Program-made: the position numbers and the translations under genes
Notes under the pieces: model-generated
What the model was told of the DNA's origin: nothing
Database searches by the model: none
Seen by the model: only the letters and a program-made list of their open reading frames with translations
DNA from: Laetmonice hystrix
Lineage: Eukaryota
Assembly (NCBI GenBank): GCA_965235115.1
Contig: OZ249440.1
Coordinates: forward strand, 19,592,001 to 19,656,000
Direction: 5' to 3'
DNA length: 64,000 nucleotides
Shown: positions 37,650 to 50,900 of the stretch, piece by piece
Position numbering within the stretch: the first letter of the stretch is position 1
Layout of the letters: each line of letters starts with the position of its first letter

Positions 37650-39650
37650 GTCATCAAGTAAGCTGGTGGAACATCCGCTAGGGAGCTTATGATAAATGCC
37701 AAAATGATGGACGATATGTCAAGACGGTAGGAGAAACCGCCTGTTACAGATGTGTATTATCGGGTAAGCAATGTATCAAACTGACCTTGATTGAGTGTAC
37801 ATGATAGAGGATTCCTGACTGTTCGTGTCGATCAACAGAACGCCTCTCAATCTATAACGCCATGTTCGCTGAGGATAATAATTTATATTTTTTCTTGGCC
37901 ATCGGCCATTATATTGGTTCTCTCTATAATTAGCTCTTCGTATAATTACATTGTTACCTAGTACGAACATGTTAAAGACAATAAGTTGTATTAATATAAT
38001 TCATGTGTGTCAATGACATGGACGCTTTAATAAGGTCAATAAAAAGGTCCTTTAATATACTGTCATCTTTACTTATTATATTCTTAGATGTTAACTCACA
38101 TTTACGGCGATATACATATGAAGCGCTGTGAAATTGTATAGCCACAGGCGCCACACCCGCTTACTTTTGTAGGAAGTGGACAGTAATATTTTTCCTGTTC
38201 ACCATACCGCAGTTGATTAATTTACAGAACAATAACATACGACAGTGCCTTAACTACCGACTGAGAGAAAGCTAACTCTATGCGACGGCGATCTGCTTTC
38301 GCTTTCATTCTTCATTATTGTGGGTGGCTTTCTGGTTCTCAGGACCAAATTGCGTGACAATGAAAATTTTCCATGAGATCGTGTTTCAAGTCCAGTTGCA
38401 CATGTGGCTGGTGGAGCATGGCTTCCTCCAGGCTCTCGCTGCCAAGTAATTCAATGTTCCTAGGACGCTGACAGGAATCAGATTCTAATGTTGTCACGAT
38501 CTAATTTATCACGGTCACACAGAATATTTGGCGTACTAAATCAGAAACTGATATTGTATACTATACACATGTACTCGTTCAGTTTGAATTATTTTTCTAT
38601 AACCGATTCGGTATCCCTTAGCCACTAATTTATGTTGGTCTGAGGGGTTATCAACTAGGCCCCCTACTGCAAAGAACACACGTTCACTGTCTCAGCACGT
38701 GGGTCCGGCCAAGGAGCCGTAATATCCCGTTCTTATAACTTCCTTCTGGCCCAGTCATATGGATTACTAGTTGTTGAAAAGAGCAGCGAACAAATTCCCC
38801 ATATTAAATCTGTCATATCGCTATCAAATTAAAGAAGATGGAATGGCTTTCGGCGAACTTCATCTATGAAGTAAAAACTGAAAGGATACAGCGAGTGGTC
38901 ATGCCTGCAATCAATACGCCGGTGGGTCCAGTTTGTTTCCTGTCCCGGTGAGCGGTAAAAAAGTCAGTGACAATCAGCTGATTCTGAAACCGAAACCGAG
39001 ATGATAGAATAATAAGATGGTGACACGTAAAGCAGCTCGTAAGGACAGAACGCGTGATCGGATCGAGAGACTGTCTGGGCTGTCCACAGAATTAAGGAGA
39101 CTTTCCGTGGTCAAAGGAATTTCCGGTGTTCTCGAACTGAGCCTGATGGTCAATTCTACACTATATTTCTCAACACTTAGTCTTGTGTCGCCAGAAGCTC
39201 GCCCTCGGTATTCTACATCACAATATAGACAGCGAATGTTAGACGAGGTGTCTGGCCGGGCTAAAGGCCATAAAATATTTAAATCTGCTCAATGTGGTCA
39301 CGTTTACCCGAAGCTCCTAATCAAGAGTAATGGCACTGAACTATTACAACAATCTACTGATGGCTATTTATCATATTAAAGCTTTGGCAGAGGTTTAGAA
39401 AGTCACCAAATAATCATAAGTTATTAATTACATGATTGCTTGATGTATCCATTTATTTATAATATGATTATAATTTAAATGCACAGGACTGTTGTATAGA
39501 CTATATATTTCTATTGCATTCTTCAAGCCAGCACTGAGGTAAGTAGAAATCCGCATAACATTTAACAAGTTAGACATATATTGGGTAATGGGAAACACCT
39601 TTTTACGCCCAATTATCCACGTCACTGAAATTAACAGTCTCGCATAGAGG
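37650..39650 (-). pseudogene. Highly decayed LINE ORF2 (APE+RT) relic
   Basis: Ordered remnants: IYSLYNSP, CRIDH, SFDH (APE-like), then IQFHS...LFIDLIKASMSLTH (cf. FIDLSKAFDTVNH) and NSQESSI (cf. PQGSIL). Confidence 0.4.
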
Positions 39651-40226
39651 TAGGTCTGATAGTGTAAGCTCCAGCCAGGGTCGAGAACGGAAATTAAGGG
39701 AAGATAAAGCTGTAGTCTGTCAGGCTTTAGAACATATACATGTCATATTGACGCGTGATAAGAAATATCAAAAGCTACCTCTCGATGAACATCCCCACTG
39801 ATCATAATTGTCTCTTTTATCTTCTACACTGATGGGATGCATCATATCACCGAATTGCGGATAAGGCAACCTAAGCGATGACGTCTTTGAAGTCTTATCA
39901 TTTAGTACCCAACATGTAACACTGTCTCGCACATCCTTATATCCTCGTGTTGTTATGTCTTCATACGCAGGCACCATTTCCGTGATCGTCAGGAGAGGGA
40001 AGGTTTAACAGGGCGCAGCAGGAAATAATCCCCCTTTGCCATCCGTCCGCGTTCGTTGATTATAATATATGTTTCACCGCCGAATCGAACAGACAAAGAA
40101 AGAGTCCCTCCTCATCTCACGCCAAGAACATCTCCGGACGTAGATATTATGAAAGCTTACCGCGTCGAGTTTGATCTTGGCCTCTGAAGTTGAAAACAAG
40201 CGTAGATACCTTTGGTGTAGAGTAAA

Positions 40227-40437
40227 GGTTGAGTTGGTCTATTGGTCATCATCTTTTATCATCGTATCTTACTTGTGCTGACAACACAGTCCTCTGTATT
40301 CTGTCAACTGTACACACTATTGATTTTATGTAGAGGTTGAGTTGGTCTATTGGTCATCATCTTTTATCGTATCTTACTTCTGCTGACAACACAGTCCTCT
40401 GTATTCTGTCAACTGTACACACTATTGATTTTATGTA
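40227..40437 (+). repeat. ~105-bp tandem duplication (2 copies)
   Basis: aggttgagttggtctattggtcatcatcttttatc...acacactattgattttatgta occurs twice. Confidence 0.9.
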
Positions 40438-41809
40438 TGATAAATAGGTTTCTATTGCCAAAACGATATTATTGACCAGAAGGACGTGACTGGAGGTAAA
40501 CATTAGCAATTATTCAGACCTTTATTTTGTTACTTTTATTATGGGCATTCTATCTGCCAGTGCCACCCAGGGTGGTCCGTATGGACCGCGTGTTCCATAC
40601 GGACTGATTTGATTGTACACGTTACGGGTTACTTTTACTGTGTTACGTTACGGTGTACACGTTACGGTGTCGTGCCGTATTCATGCGCCAGGCATTTCGT
40701 TCCATACTTTCCCCTCATCCCGTTACGTGTTTTAACAACAATGCAAGCAAAGGTCAACAATAGAACAGAGCGTCTTCGAAGACTGTCATCCTTGAATAAG
40801 TTTTGGTTTTCTGGAGAAGTTGAATCCAATAACGTTGTTGACGACGAGGTGGGAAACACTCAGTGGGGGATGTGCTTCATGCAAGGCAAGGTTCATTCAA
40901 GGATGTCCGTTAGAGTTTGTAATTAGAAGGAAGCCACTGCGGGAGGATACTCCATGTACAGCTGCTTGCCTAAGTGTACAGTAAGTCATAATATCTATCC
41001 CTGTCTTATAGTGGCTTTCGTCTGTCTTCATAATCTTCGGTCAGCAAGTTTTTTTTATTAAATCAACACCAGACTGAATAGGTCAGACCATGTGGTGACC
41101 TGTAGGTCTCCTGGTCGAGAGGGTATAACACATTCACTATGAGTGAATGGATGTACCTCTGAGTCCTACAGGGAAATAATGGTCAGAAAATCCACATCAC
41201 TTTTTGAAATATGACAAGGGTGCCGTCATATAACCACTGGCACAGACACGACTGGCCATGCACCAAAGCTTTGAGAACTCAGTTGCGAAGCGAAATAGAT
41301 CTACAAGAGCACCAAATACATCTGTGCCTGTAGCAGCAGAAAAAAAACAACCAAACACCAAATTGCGCCCCCTATCTCAAATAACAATTGAACTGAGAAC
41401 TCCTCCTATACGGAAGTCAACAGACTGCAAGGAAACGGTTTATGTCATCCGCAGGCTATTATGGTACAATATAAGGGCCTAAGGGGGCCTGTGTGGCTGA
41501 TGTAGTGGATCCATCACCGCCTCTAGTGTTTCCTATACGTGTATTTATCTTCCATTAGATACCCGTGTAGAGTTAGTAGTCTAAACATGCCCTGGGCCCT
41601 GTTTCATAAACCACGACCAAAAAAGAACGATAATTCTTAAAAAATCGTAGCAGGAACGATAATCGTTACGATATATCGTCGGTTCCGTTTCATAAAGTGC
41701 ATCGTTGAAGAAAATCAAAATCGTTACATATTTGAAAATCGTTCCTCGTCGACTCTGGGTAACACAACCGGGAACCAGTTGAATGAACTGAATAATGACG
41801 TCAGGAGGG

Positions 41810-43060
41810 GAATTCCGGGAATACCCCCTTGACACATGCTTGTTCTGCCGTATGTACGCACGTTCGTATGTCCGTAGACAGCGATTTCTCAGAAGTGTAT
41901 GGGTCGATTTCTTTGAAACTTCACACAATGATCAGGGATGATCTGACTATGATGCACGTCAAACAGATTTTTGATATCATTCAAAATGGCCGTTTGGCGG
42001 CCATCTTGGATGTAAACACATTTTCATCAATATCTCAGCCAAAACAGTCACGATTTCTTTCAAACCTGGTCCAGGGAGGAGGCATAATGATGGCCAATAT
42101 GCATCGCAATACAATTTCAATTCAGATTCAAAATGGCGACATGGCGGCCATATTTGTTTCTTGACCCCCCACAATGACACTGTTTTGGCTTATATCTCGA
42201 AAACGGTGCAAGATGACGCAATAGTTACTATTATTGATAAATAGGAAGTCATATATGAAGTTTCATTTGGCGCCATTTTCCATGACCTTGAGCGACCTTG
42301 AAAGGTCAATCAAGGTCATGCAGATTTTCAATAGCCTGGATCTTTAAAACAGTTGACGATATCAACATAATCTTGCATGAAACATTACATAATGATCAGG
42401 TACAGTCCAAGGTAGAGGCAGGTCAAAGATATTTTTGACATCAGTCAAAATGGCCGCGTGGTGGCCATCTTGGATATAATCACATTTGGAGCAATAACTC
42501 AGACAAAACGATCCCGATTTCTTTCAAATTTGGTAGAAAGAAGGTGCATATGAGGGGCAACGAATATGCCAATGTATTCCCAGATCAGAGCAAATATGGC
42601 GTCATGGCGGTCACAGTAATATTTTTACTCCCCCATAACACTGTTTTGGCTCGTATCTCGACAACGGTGCAAGATAAGGCAATAGTTACTATTATTGACA
42701 GATAGGAAGTCATATATGAAGTTTCATTTGGCACCATTTCCCATGACCTTGAGCGACCTTGAAACGTCAATCAAGCATCAAGGTCATGCAGATTTTAATG
42801 GCCTGTACCTCCAAATCAGTTGAAGATAACAAGATCTAATCTTGCATGCAACATTACATACAAACATATCATTAAAAATGGCTGCTTGGTGGCCATCTTG
42901 GATATGAAAAAAATCGAAACAATAACTCTGACATTATCTGTCCTTATTTCTTGGTGACAGAAGGCATGAGGGGCAACAAGCGTGCCAAAAGTACACATAG
43001 TTCATGGACCCACAGATAATTAGTCCCTACTCAGTTGGTGGGCCGTGACTCTGACGGGGT
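41810..43060. mobile_element. Non-autonomous element with internal ~450-bp tandem duplication (possibly Helentron-associated/pearl-like)
   Basis: Repeated block ...aacactgttttggct...caatagttactattattga...catgaccttgagcgaccttgaaa at ~42150-42480 and ~42590-42900; (c/t)gta(c/t)-type short repeats and a palindrome at the left end. Class assignment is inference. Confidence 0.4.
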
Positions 43061-43689
43061 CTGGTGAAATTTACTAATATTAGTAATAATTGAGAGAGAA
43101 AATCATGAATTTCCATGAATTTAACTAACCTCTAAAGGTCAATCAAGGTCAAGCATATTTGCAATTGCCTGTATCTAGACAAAACACTTCACGTCGGATA
43201 ACACTATCAAATTGTACATAACTGCATAGTTACTATAAGATGCGGACGAAATACATACGAAGTTTCCTTTGGCAATATTTTCTTTGCCCTTTAAAGATCA
43301 ATTGAAGTCGTGCATCGTTTCTTCAAGAATCCATAGTTCTTGGTGGGGGCTATAAGCTTCACAAGCTTGTTTATAATGGGCTGGTATGGTAAAAAAACAT
43401 AAGTAGTTGGGCGACCAAGTATTTCTGCTGAATGGAAAACACTACACCGTATAGACCTATAGTAGATACCTAGTTAGGGCTAGTACTAAGACTTAGTGCT
43501 TGTTATCCGGTAAATAAAGGATAAAATCATGTAGGCCTACATTGTAGGCATACATGTCTTTTGTTTTGCCCTCCACAAGAAACCCCATGTCCCGGATGTT
43601 CCCAGTAAAGAACACAAAGAACACAAAGAGAAGAAAAAGTCATCATCTCCCAAGATAAAGCACAAGATGAGAGAGGCACAGTATGGACT

Positions 43690-44184
43690 CCCTCAATATC
43701 CGTCACCTCCCCTACGGCCCGGCTAACGGTGGGCTTGCTAAAGTCCTAGAGGTCGCTCAGAACTCTGTATTTGGGCCCTGTCGCGTAGAAGCACAGGGCC
43801 AAACACATCTGCAAAATGAGGAAGGGGTTATTAACATATTTTTTGGTGAGTTAGTTTTAGGCCTACACAGCTGATATAGGCATCTTAATTACTTTAAGAG
43901 GAATTACCCTATTAAAGAAGTATACCTTACTTATTTCTAAGTAATAAATTTGGGAAATTTTGAATAAATGTTAGGTTCTTTACACAAATTCAAGCTTTGA
44001 CTATACATGTATTCATGATACTACTTGGGTCGCCGGACGTTGAGCAAAACGGCGAGTCTTCATATGTTCTTGAAAGGGCGATCACTGACTCCTTGTCCAG
44101 CCGATACCGTTTCCCGAATAAGTCGCCGTCAAACCTATTAATTGGGTCTATTCGCGCGAAGAACCATCTCCTTCTCCCCTCCAT
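43690..44184 (-). pseudogene. Harbinger (HARBI1-like) transposase N-terminus in two segments
   Basis: Segment 1 (44184-~43995): RRRWFFARIDPINRFDGDLFGKRYRLDKESVIAL. Segment 2 (43808-~43690), after tttgcag: MCLALCFYATGPKYRVLSDL*DFSKPTVSRAVGEVT (cf. LRFYATG...SQPTVSR). Confidence 0.8.
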
Positions 44185-45063
44185 AATTCACGGTTGAAGT
44201 AAAATTCCGCAAAAATTCACTTATTTCGCGCCTTTATATTATTCTACGACAACCCTCGGGGTGGTCGTGGCCAACGACTATTTTCGAGGAAATAACGATT
44301 GAAAAAAAAGCCAAGAACGATTTTATGAAACACTTGAGCGATTTTTCATTTGGTCGTGACAAATTTATCGTTCTTCGACAAGAACAATCTTTTATGAAAC
44401 AGAATCTATCGTACATCGACAATATGATTAAATCTAAAATGTAAGATTTTTTATGAAACAGGGCCCTGGTTATAATATACCCGACGATATGATCAACAAA
44501 ACATGATATGGAACTGTTTGATGTGGTCGCTGACCGTCCAGTTATTGTATATCCCAACTAGTAATTGTATTGTAAAAGACCTCAATTATCAGATTACCCA
44601 TCAGTTCAGTGATGAGATATCTAACCCTCCCCCCATCTGTCGGCATAGAGATTGCGTTTGCAATGGAAAACACGGCAGACAATTTCCTAATGAAGCTGCC
44701 GTCATTTAAAAAAGACTAACATTTAACATCACAAAATGTGAAAGAACCCCATTAGACTCAAAAATCTCAGCCGTAAAAGTAAACATGTCAAATTTAAATT
44801 GGACCCTTTACTTAAAAGTGGGGTTTGTGGTTTTTGAAGAATTTCGTGCCAGCGAATGGAAAGGCCGGAGACACTAATTGTACTTCAAAGGAAATACGTC
44901 ACGTCATTTTCACGATATCATCCGGGTATAGATTGAATTGGTGTTTTACGTGATTGGTGGGGCAAACGATGGACAGACTGCTGAGCCATTCCGACCCTTT
45001 ACCCGGGTGTGCTTAGCAGGCAAATAAATGTTTTTGTTACCATAGTACTTCTTGGGTATGATA

Positions 45064-45254
45064 CAGTGGCGGATCCGGGGGGTTTAACAGGGGTCGCAAC
45101 ACTCCCCTTACGAAGTATTTTTTCTTGTTTTCTGCTTGAAAGGTTCAAATCAAACCCACATCCCCCTTGGCACCTACACCCCCTCTTGTACCCCACAACC
45201 CCAACCCCAACCCCAACCCCAACCCCCCTTGGCGCAAACCTGGGTCCGCCCCTG
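45064..45254. mobile_element. MITE with CAG...CTG ends and 5-bp TSD (TGATA)
   Basis: cagtggcggatcc / gggtccgcccctg; TGATA flanks both ends. Confidence 0.75.
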
Positions 45255-45435
45255 TGATATACCGTTAATGTTACAGCAGCCCGAAAGACGTCTTTGAAAT
45301 GGTCGCTGAGCCCAAAGAGGTCTTTGCGGCGACGGCTGTTCCACTAACCTCCTATTCCTTAACATTGGCGCCGCAAAGACGTCTTTCCAAAGACGTCTTT
45401 GCCAAAGACGTCTTTCGTTAGTGGAACGGACCCCT

Positions 45436-45698
45436 GGGGCATGTTCGAATATACCAGGGGCATGTTCGAATATACCAGGGGCATGTTCGAATATACCAGG
45501 GGCATGTTCGAATATACCAGGGGCATGTTCGATATACCAGGGACCCGTTCGAATATATACCAGGGGCATGTTCGAATATACCAGGGGCATGTTCGAATAT
45601 ACCAGGGGCATGTTCGATATACCAGGGGCATGTTCGAATATACCAGGGGCATGTTCGATATACCAGGGGCATGTTCGAATATACCAGGGGCATGTTCA
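45436..45698 (+). repeat. 21-bp minisatellite (ggggcatgttcgaatatacca) with 19-bp variants, ~12-13 copies
   Basis: Direct reading; produces the repetitive ORFs at 45174-45752. Confidence 0.95.
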
Positions 45699-46689
45699 AA
45701 TAAAATATGCCGAAATGTAGACTCTTTTAATGAGCTTAAATTGGCGACTTAACACATTTATTTAAAGATACTGGCGAAGCATTTAGGAATATTCACTACA
45801 TTTTTTTTATCTACAGAAATACCATAAATTGATGTCATTACCATTATAATGAGTGAATTGTGGGTATGCACCTTGTCGGCAGAACAGAAACCTACTTATT
45901 AAAGGAATCGTCTCACCCGCCGGACAGACCGGAATCTTCCGATTTATGCTAACCTCCACTGACGTACTTTATGGCACTCAATGTTTTTCATATTGATTCT
46001 GTTAACACCTCCTATGAGTAGATAGCTGTGAAATTATCCCTGATGGTGTCGTCTGAACGTTGTGTTGTTGTGGTGTAGATTCGAAATCTATTTTCGCTAG
46101 TACAAATAATTTGCATAGCAGTGTACACAGGAATATAAAAAAACAACTGCCGAGGTCTCGGAAGTCAAGTAGAGGTCATTTTCACTGACTGAAATACGAT
46201 TTGGCGACTTTTTGAATGTATTTTACATAATACCCGCAAAGTTCACATCGAAAGGCAGGGGAGCTTTGGATCATAATTGGAGCCCCCCAATGCAGACATA
46301 TGTTTTGTGAAACGCTAGGTAGGATTTGAAATTCGTGAAACAACCACTTTAGTATATGCTCCTGAGTTTCTTGGCGTTTCTGCCTTAGTTTTTTGGTCCT
46401 GGTGGCAGACCAATAAATGAGAGATTGGTATTTTTTAATCTGGAGTTATAGGAAATATCTTTTTATCTGGAGTTAGGGCCCTGGGTGTCCGTCTTGCTGC
46501 CACCCCACGTCATCGAAGAAAATATCCATGGTTACGCTCCATTTTGTATATTCCAATCTGTAACCCACTCTGGAGGCTGATGCCTAGAAACAAATAATAC
46601 CTACCTAACACTCATCGGTGGTCGTAGCCTGCAGTACTGTTGGAGAGCGTACGCGCAATTACAGCCACCCTCCGTGTTTTAACATGCAT

Positions 46690-47130
46690 TACGGAACCAT
46701 CAATTGATTACCGCTGGCCGAGATATCATTGTACACTTGGAGCAACAACGGCCACGTCCTAGGCATGCGGCAGGCAGTGACCCAACTCGTGACCTCTCAG
46801 CGCCACCTATCGGAGCCTCGAGCTCGCCCAGATGGTGACGAAGCGTGCGTGGCACCTGGCCGACATGATAAATGCATTCAGCCGCACCGATTGGTCGATA
46901 ATTCAGGCAGTGCCTTGTGGCCGATCGCTTTCTCCAGGATGCCACCGAGCCTCAATCATGCCCTTCCGACCGATTATCCTTCGGTAACGAATTCTCACGC
47001 CTACACTCCGCGGTAACAAAGACACCTTTGGACCGTGTCCTGAATACGAAGTCCAAGTGTGCGTTTTTACGCGAGTTGCCGGAGGAACCGTTGGCGCACT
47101 GGTTGTTGGACGACATGGAGAAAGGACCCT
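46690..47130 (+). pseudogene. Decayed RT fragment resembling CRE-clade non-LTR elements
   Basis: Across frames and in order: LRNHQLITAGRDIIVH, LADMINAFSRTD, LSFGNEFSRLHSAVTKTPL, LAHWLLDD (cf. QLGVG..G.EAIVH / D..NAFNS.DR / GVQQGDPL / WYLDD). Confidence 0.5.
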
Positions 47131-47789
47131 AGGCACAGGTTGAGCGGGGAGGGGGTGCAAGGCTCACCTGACTTGCTGGCCGCATATTCGAGGGAGATCC
47201 CGCATTATTAAAAGAAATGCCATAAATGCCAACCATTTATTGATGATTGAAATGCATAGGCCTATAGAAAGAAATTGCGCAATGGAGTATATTGTGTGTG
47301 TTAATGAAATAGGGAAATCCAATGAAATTCAACATTCTAGTAGACTGTTGTCGCCGTGAAACGCTCGGCTCATCATGTTGACTTGGCAATGACTTGAACA
47401 GCCAATGAAATTCGGAGGTTCATCGTTTATCAATGTATTGATTTATGTAGCCTAAGGCCTTATCGAACCTGACAGCCCATGTCTGTATTTTAGAGTCATT
47501 GAAATGAGAGATGGTCGATGTTTGCTTTAAAGATCGTAGGCCATGACGTGAACGCGCTAAAATCTGTTGCAATTACGCTGACGCATGTCGTTGGCCACAA
47601 CGTTACCATGACTTGTAGGCGTTGGATAAATCCTTATTGCCTCATAAATTAGTCGCTTATTATGGTGTGCTCCGTTTGCTGTCAGAGACCAATCCTAGAC
47701 TTTTTCAGTGAAAGTAGACAAGCCAAGACTCACTCATTGAGCGTGAGATTCACACATTTTGCCATTCTCTCCCGCTCCCACTCCACAGG

Positions 47790-47990
47790 ACCATAACGAA
47801 TTCTGCTGTCTCCCGACGTGTGCTCCCGTAAACATAGTAAAAGGGGGGTTCCATTGAATTATGGTCACCTTGAGGTACTGCAACCTGCAGATTTGACTTG
47901 CCCAGGATGATTTATAATTAAGTTTTACCATGGATTGTGAAGTCACTATTGTGGTATTAAAGATGGTGTAGAATGTACATGATACATGAT
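47790..47990 (-). pseudogene. Small decayed LINE RT fragment
   Basis: QSMVKLNYKSS followed by AVPQG...PPFTMFT (cf. GVPQGSVLGPLLF). Confidence 0.35.
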
Positions 47991-50900
47991 GTGTGGAATT
48001 GTTTTTCAAGTCGCTTGAAGAGGGTTAAAAAGACATTTTTTATTAGTAAAACCCAGGCACTACGTATTTTGAGCAGGAAGTATCACCAGAATGCACTATT
48101 TAATTATTAATTTTCAAAAATTGGGAAAATTAAGTCCGGTCAAGTGTTACTGTAGCCAGGTGTTATGTGTAGTGGTTTTATGATAAATAATTCATGGTTC
48201 GTTCATTTCAATTTATTTTTAATTTTAAAAAATGTCAGATTTGTCCTATACCTGCAAGCGTAGGTCGATCGAGGCAGATTTCCATGGGAATGATATTTTA
48301 TTTTTAATTTTGGGATAGACATCGGGATTCAGTACCGATTGATTTTTATCCTATATAGCTGGCCACATGCAGATGTGACATGTACTCAATTTAGTACAAA
48401 CCTTACATTCATAAGAATATATTAACAAAAAAGTAAAGCAAAAACGGAAGCAATAGGCTAATGCATTCTTGCTGAAGCCCCAGATGTCAAATAATAATGT
48501 GTAGCACGTTCATTCACGACGGTCCTGTCATCACATGTACATGTGCTCTGCATAATTTTTATTATGTGAGAAGGATGGTGTTGATGTTTTAATGTGATTC
48601 CATTAAGAACGCGGTCGATGGTAAGGAAAGGTTTTCAAGGAAAGGACACTTAACAATAATATATTATCGTATGTTTTTGGACGTAGGATGTAAATCGGAT
48701 TATTGTAAAAGCGAGTCGAGGTAAAAAGGTAAGGCCTAGTAACAACTATTGCCAGAATCTGTCGAACAGGATGAGATATGCTTTATATTCCCACCAGTCC
48801 TGCCCTACCATCCGAGCTATTAAATACTGTCTAAACATTTTCCTGTTCCCTCTCAATCATCGCACCATGGTACTAAACGCTATACACGCTTTAATGTGAT
48901 GCTCCTATTGAATATAGCAGACATATTCAGGGAAGCCGAATAAGAAGGTTATTTTGGTCTTCCACCCGAGCGCCTTGAGTAAAAAAACCTGTGTTTTCGA
49001 ATGTTAGATGAAAAGACAATGGGGGTGTCACTGCCGACGTACAACCTTGGCACAGCGCGGTACCTCGCCTACCGCACCTGTTCACTTTCTTCTCAAAGTG
49101 AAACAAAACACACTGGAAGTTATTGACAGGCTACCGAACTGCTATCACATCAGGAAAGGCATTGTGTCGGAAGTGTTCCAGACTTTAGCCCTTACAAAAG
49201 GTGTTCAAAATGTACGCCATGTCTGGTTATTGTTTTGCAAACGATGCTATTTATCTCCTGATGACAATAACAATGGTATCACCGATGATGACGATAATCA
49301 CGATCATAACCTTAATTGTATATTTTTAATTAATAATCATATTTATTGTAAAAAATCAATATAATAAGCACATTTACAGGAGCGCTTGAAACACATAATT
49401 GAGTGAATTTTCCTGCTAACATGCCAATCTTCTCTCATGAAACTGAAGAATGCTATCTTACACAGGATCATGTCGGAAAATGAAAATATTTGTAGGAAAT
49501 AATGTGATCTGTCATATGGGATGAGACAAAGGGGATCATATGGTCGGAGTGGTTTGAGTCACTGGTTAAAATCGGATCCTGGTATCCTGGCTATATATAC
49601 TCATGCAGGACCGACAGTGGCGGCACTATGATTTCCAAACAGGGAGGAGCGGGGGGCAAATGGAGGGGCAGCAAACAGTTTGGGGAGGGGCAGGTGGCAA
49701 ACTCATATAAGATTACCGTACTATTACTATTACTATTTTTTTAATTATTACTATTAATATTGTTGTTGTTGTTGCTGTTTTTGCGTACATGTGTGTTTTC
49801 TTTCAAGTGTAAGCACACCTATTACTTCAACTAAAGTATAATTTCCGGTAGCTGACTGTTCAAATGTGAGCCAAATTCACAACGGCAGAGGCTTACAGCC
49901 ACAGCAGTAGCAGCTCATCACACATGTTGTAGGGATATACTTTGAAGTTCTAGAGTTCCGTTGCTTGGAACCTTTGATGAAAAGATTTCAGTCCCATCTT
50001 ACTTTTGATATTCTATCTGACGGAAAAGGTGTTCGGCCGGCTTTATCCTTTGATATAATCTGACATGGGGCTGTCAGTTTTGGAAGGGGAGAGTGACTTC
50101 CAGTCTAATATCAACTCTGTGTGCCTCAAACTCTACGAATGCCACTCGTCGTTACAATCTACATTGCAGAACTGCCGACGTGAGACGCGCATTTAGCAGA
50201 AACATGCTCAAGACGCTTCGTAGTGATACTTATGATCAGAAAAAGGCTAAGCTACCAAAGTATGCTGAAGACATCAGCTCAGGAGTATCTCAATGACTTA
50301 GGGATTATCAGGGTCGGTTGTGGACACCATGAAAACGGATTGATTTAAAGTGACATTTCGAAGTTGTCGAAGTATCCTGGTGAAGAAGAAGAAGAGGGCA
50401 TAGAAACGGATCCTTCAATTACGTGCTCCGTAAACTGCGTCCGGTGGGATGGACCAATTGAATGTTTTGGATCCTTGCACGAAAGGCTGGTGATGAAGTA
50501 AAGTCTCGGAGGAAGCCATGATTGAGGAAATTGAGTTATTATTGACCATTACCAGCGGACAGTGAACGTGAACAGAATTTTGATAACCATTAATAACCCC
50601 AAAAATACTGCAATGTTCCATAAAATATAACGGCCATTACACTATAAAGGGAACTGTAGTTGTAACCAAGAACAAAGTCTGTGTAAACCAGCAGGGAAAA
50701 TGAAACCGCTCACCGGAGGTGAAAAGATAATGTACAGATACTTCCAAGGTCACTAATTTTCACGGCCAGGCTAAACCACAGACATGCTCACCCCCACACT
50801 GATGTAGGATGTAGGATACGTATTATGTACGAGTATGCATCATTCATCTCTTTCGTTCATGTCGACACCTTCTAGAAATAATTACTCTGACGGATTGAGT

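Larger units (their letters stand above)
41595..44465 (-). mobile_element. PIF/Harbinger transposon, internally deleted, with nested insertion
   Basis: TIR ggccctgtttcataaa at 41595 and its reverse complement ending 44465; 3-bp TSD CTG on both sides; HARBI1-like transposase fragments inside. Confidence 0.85.
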
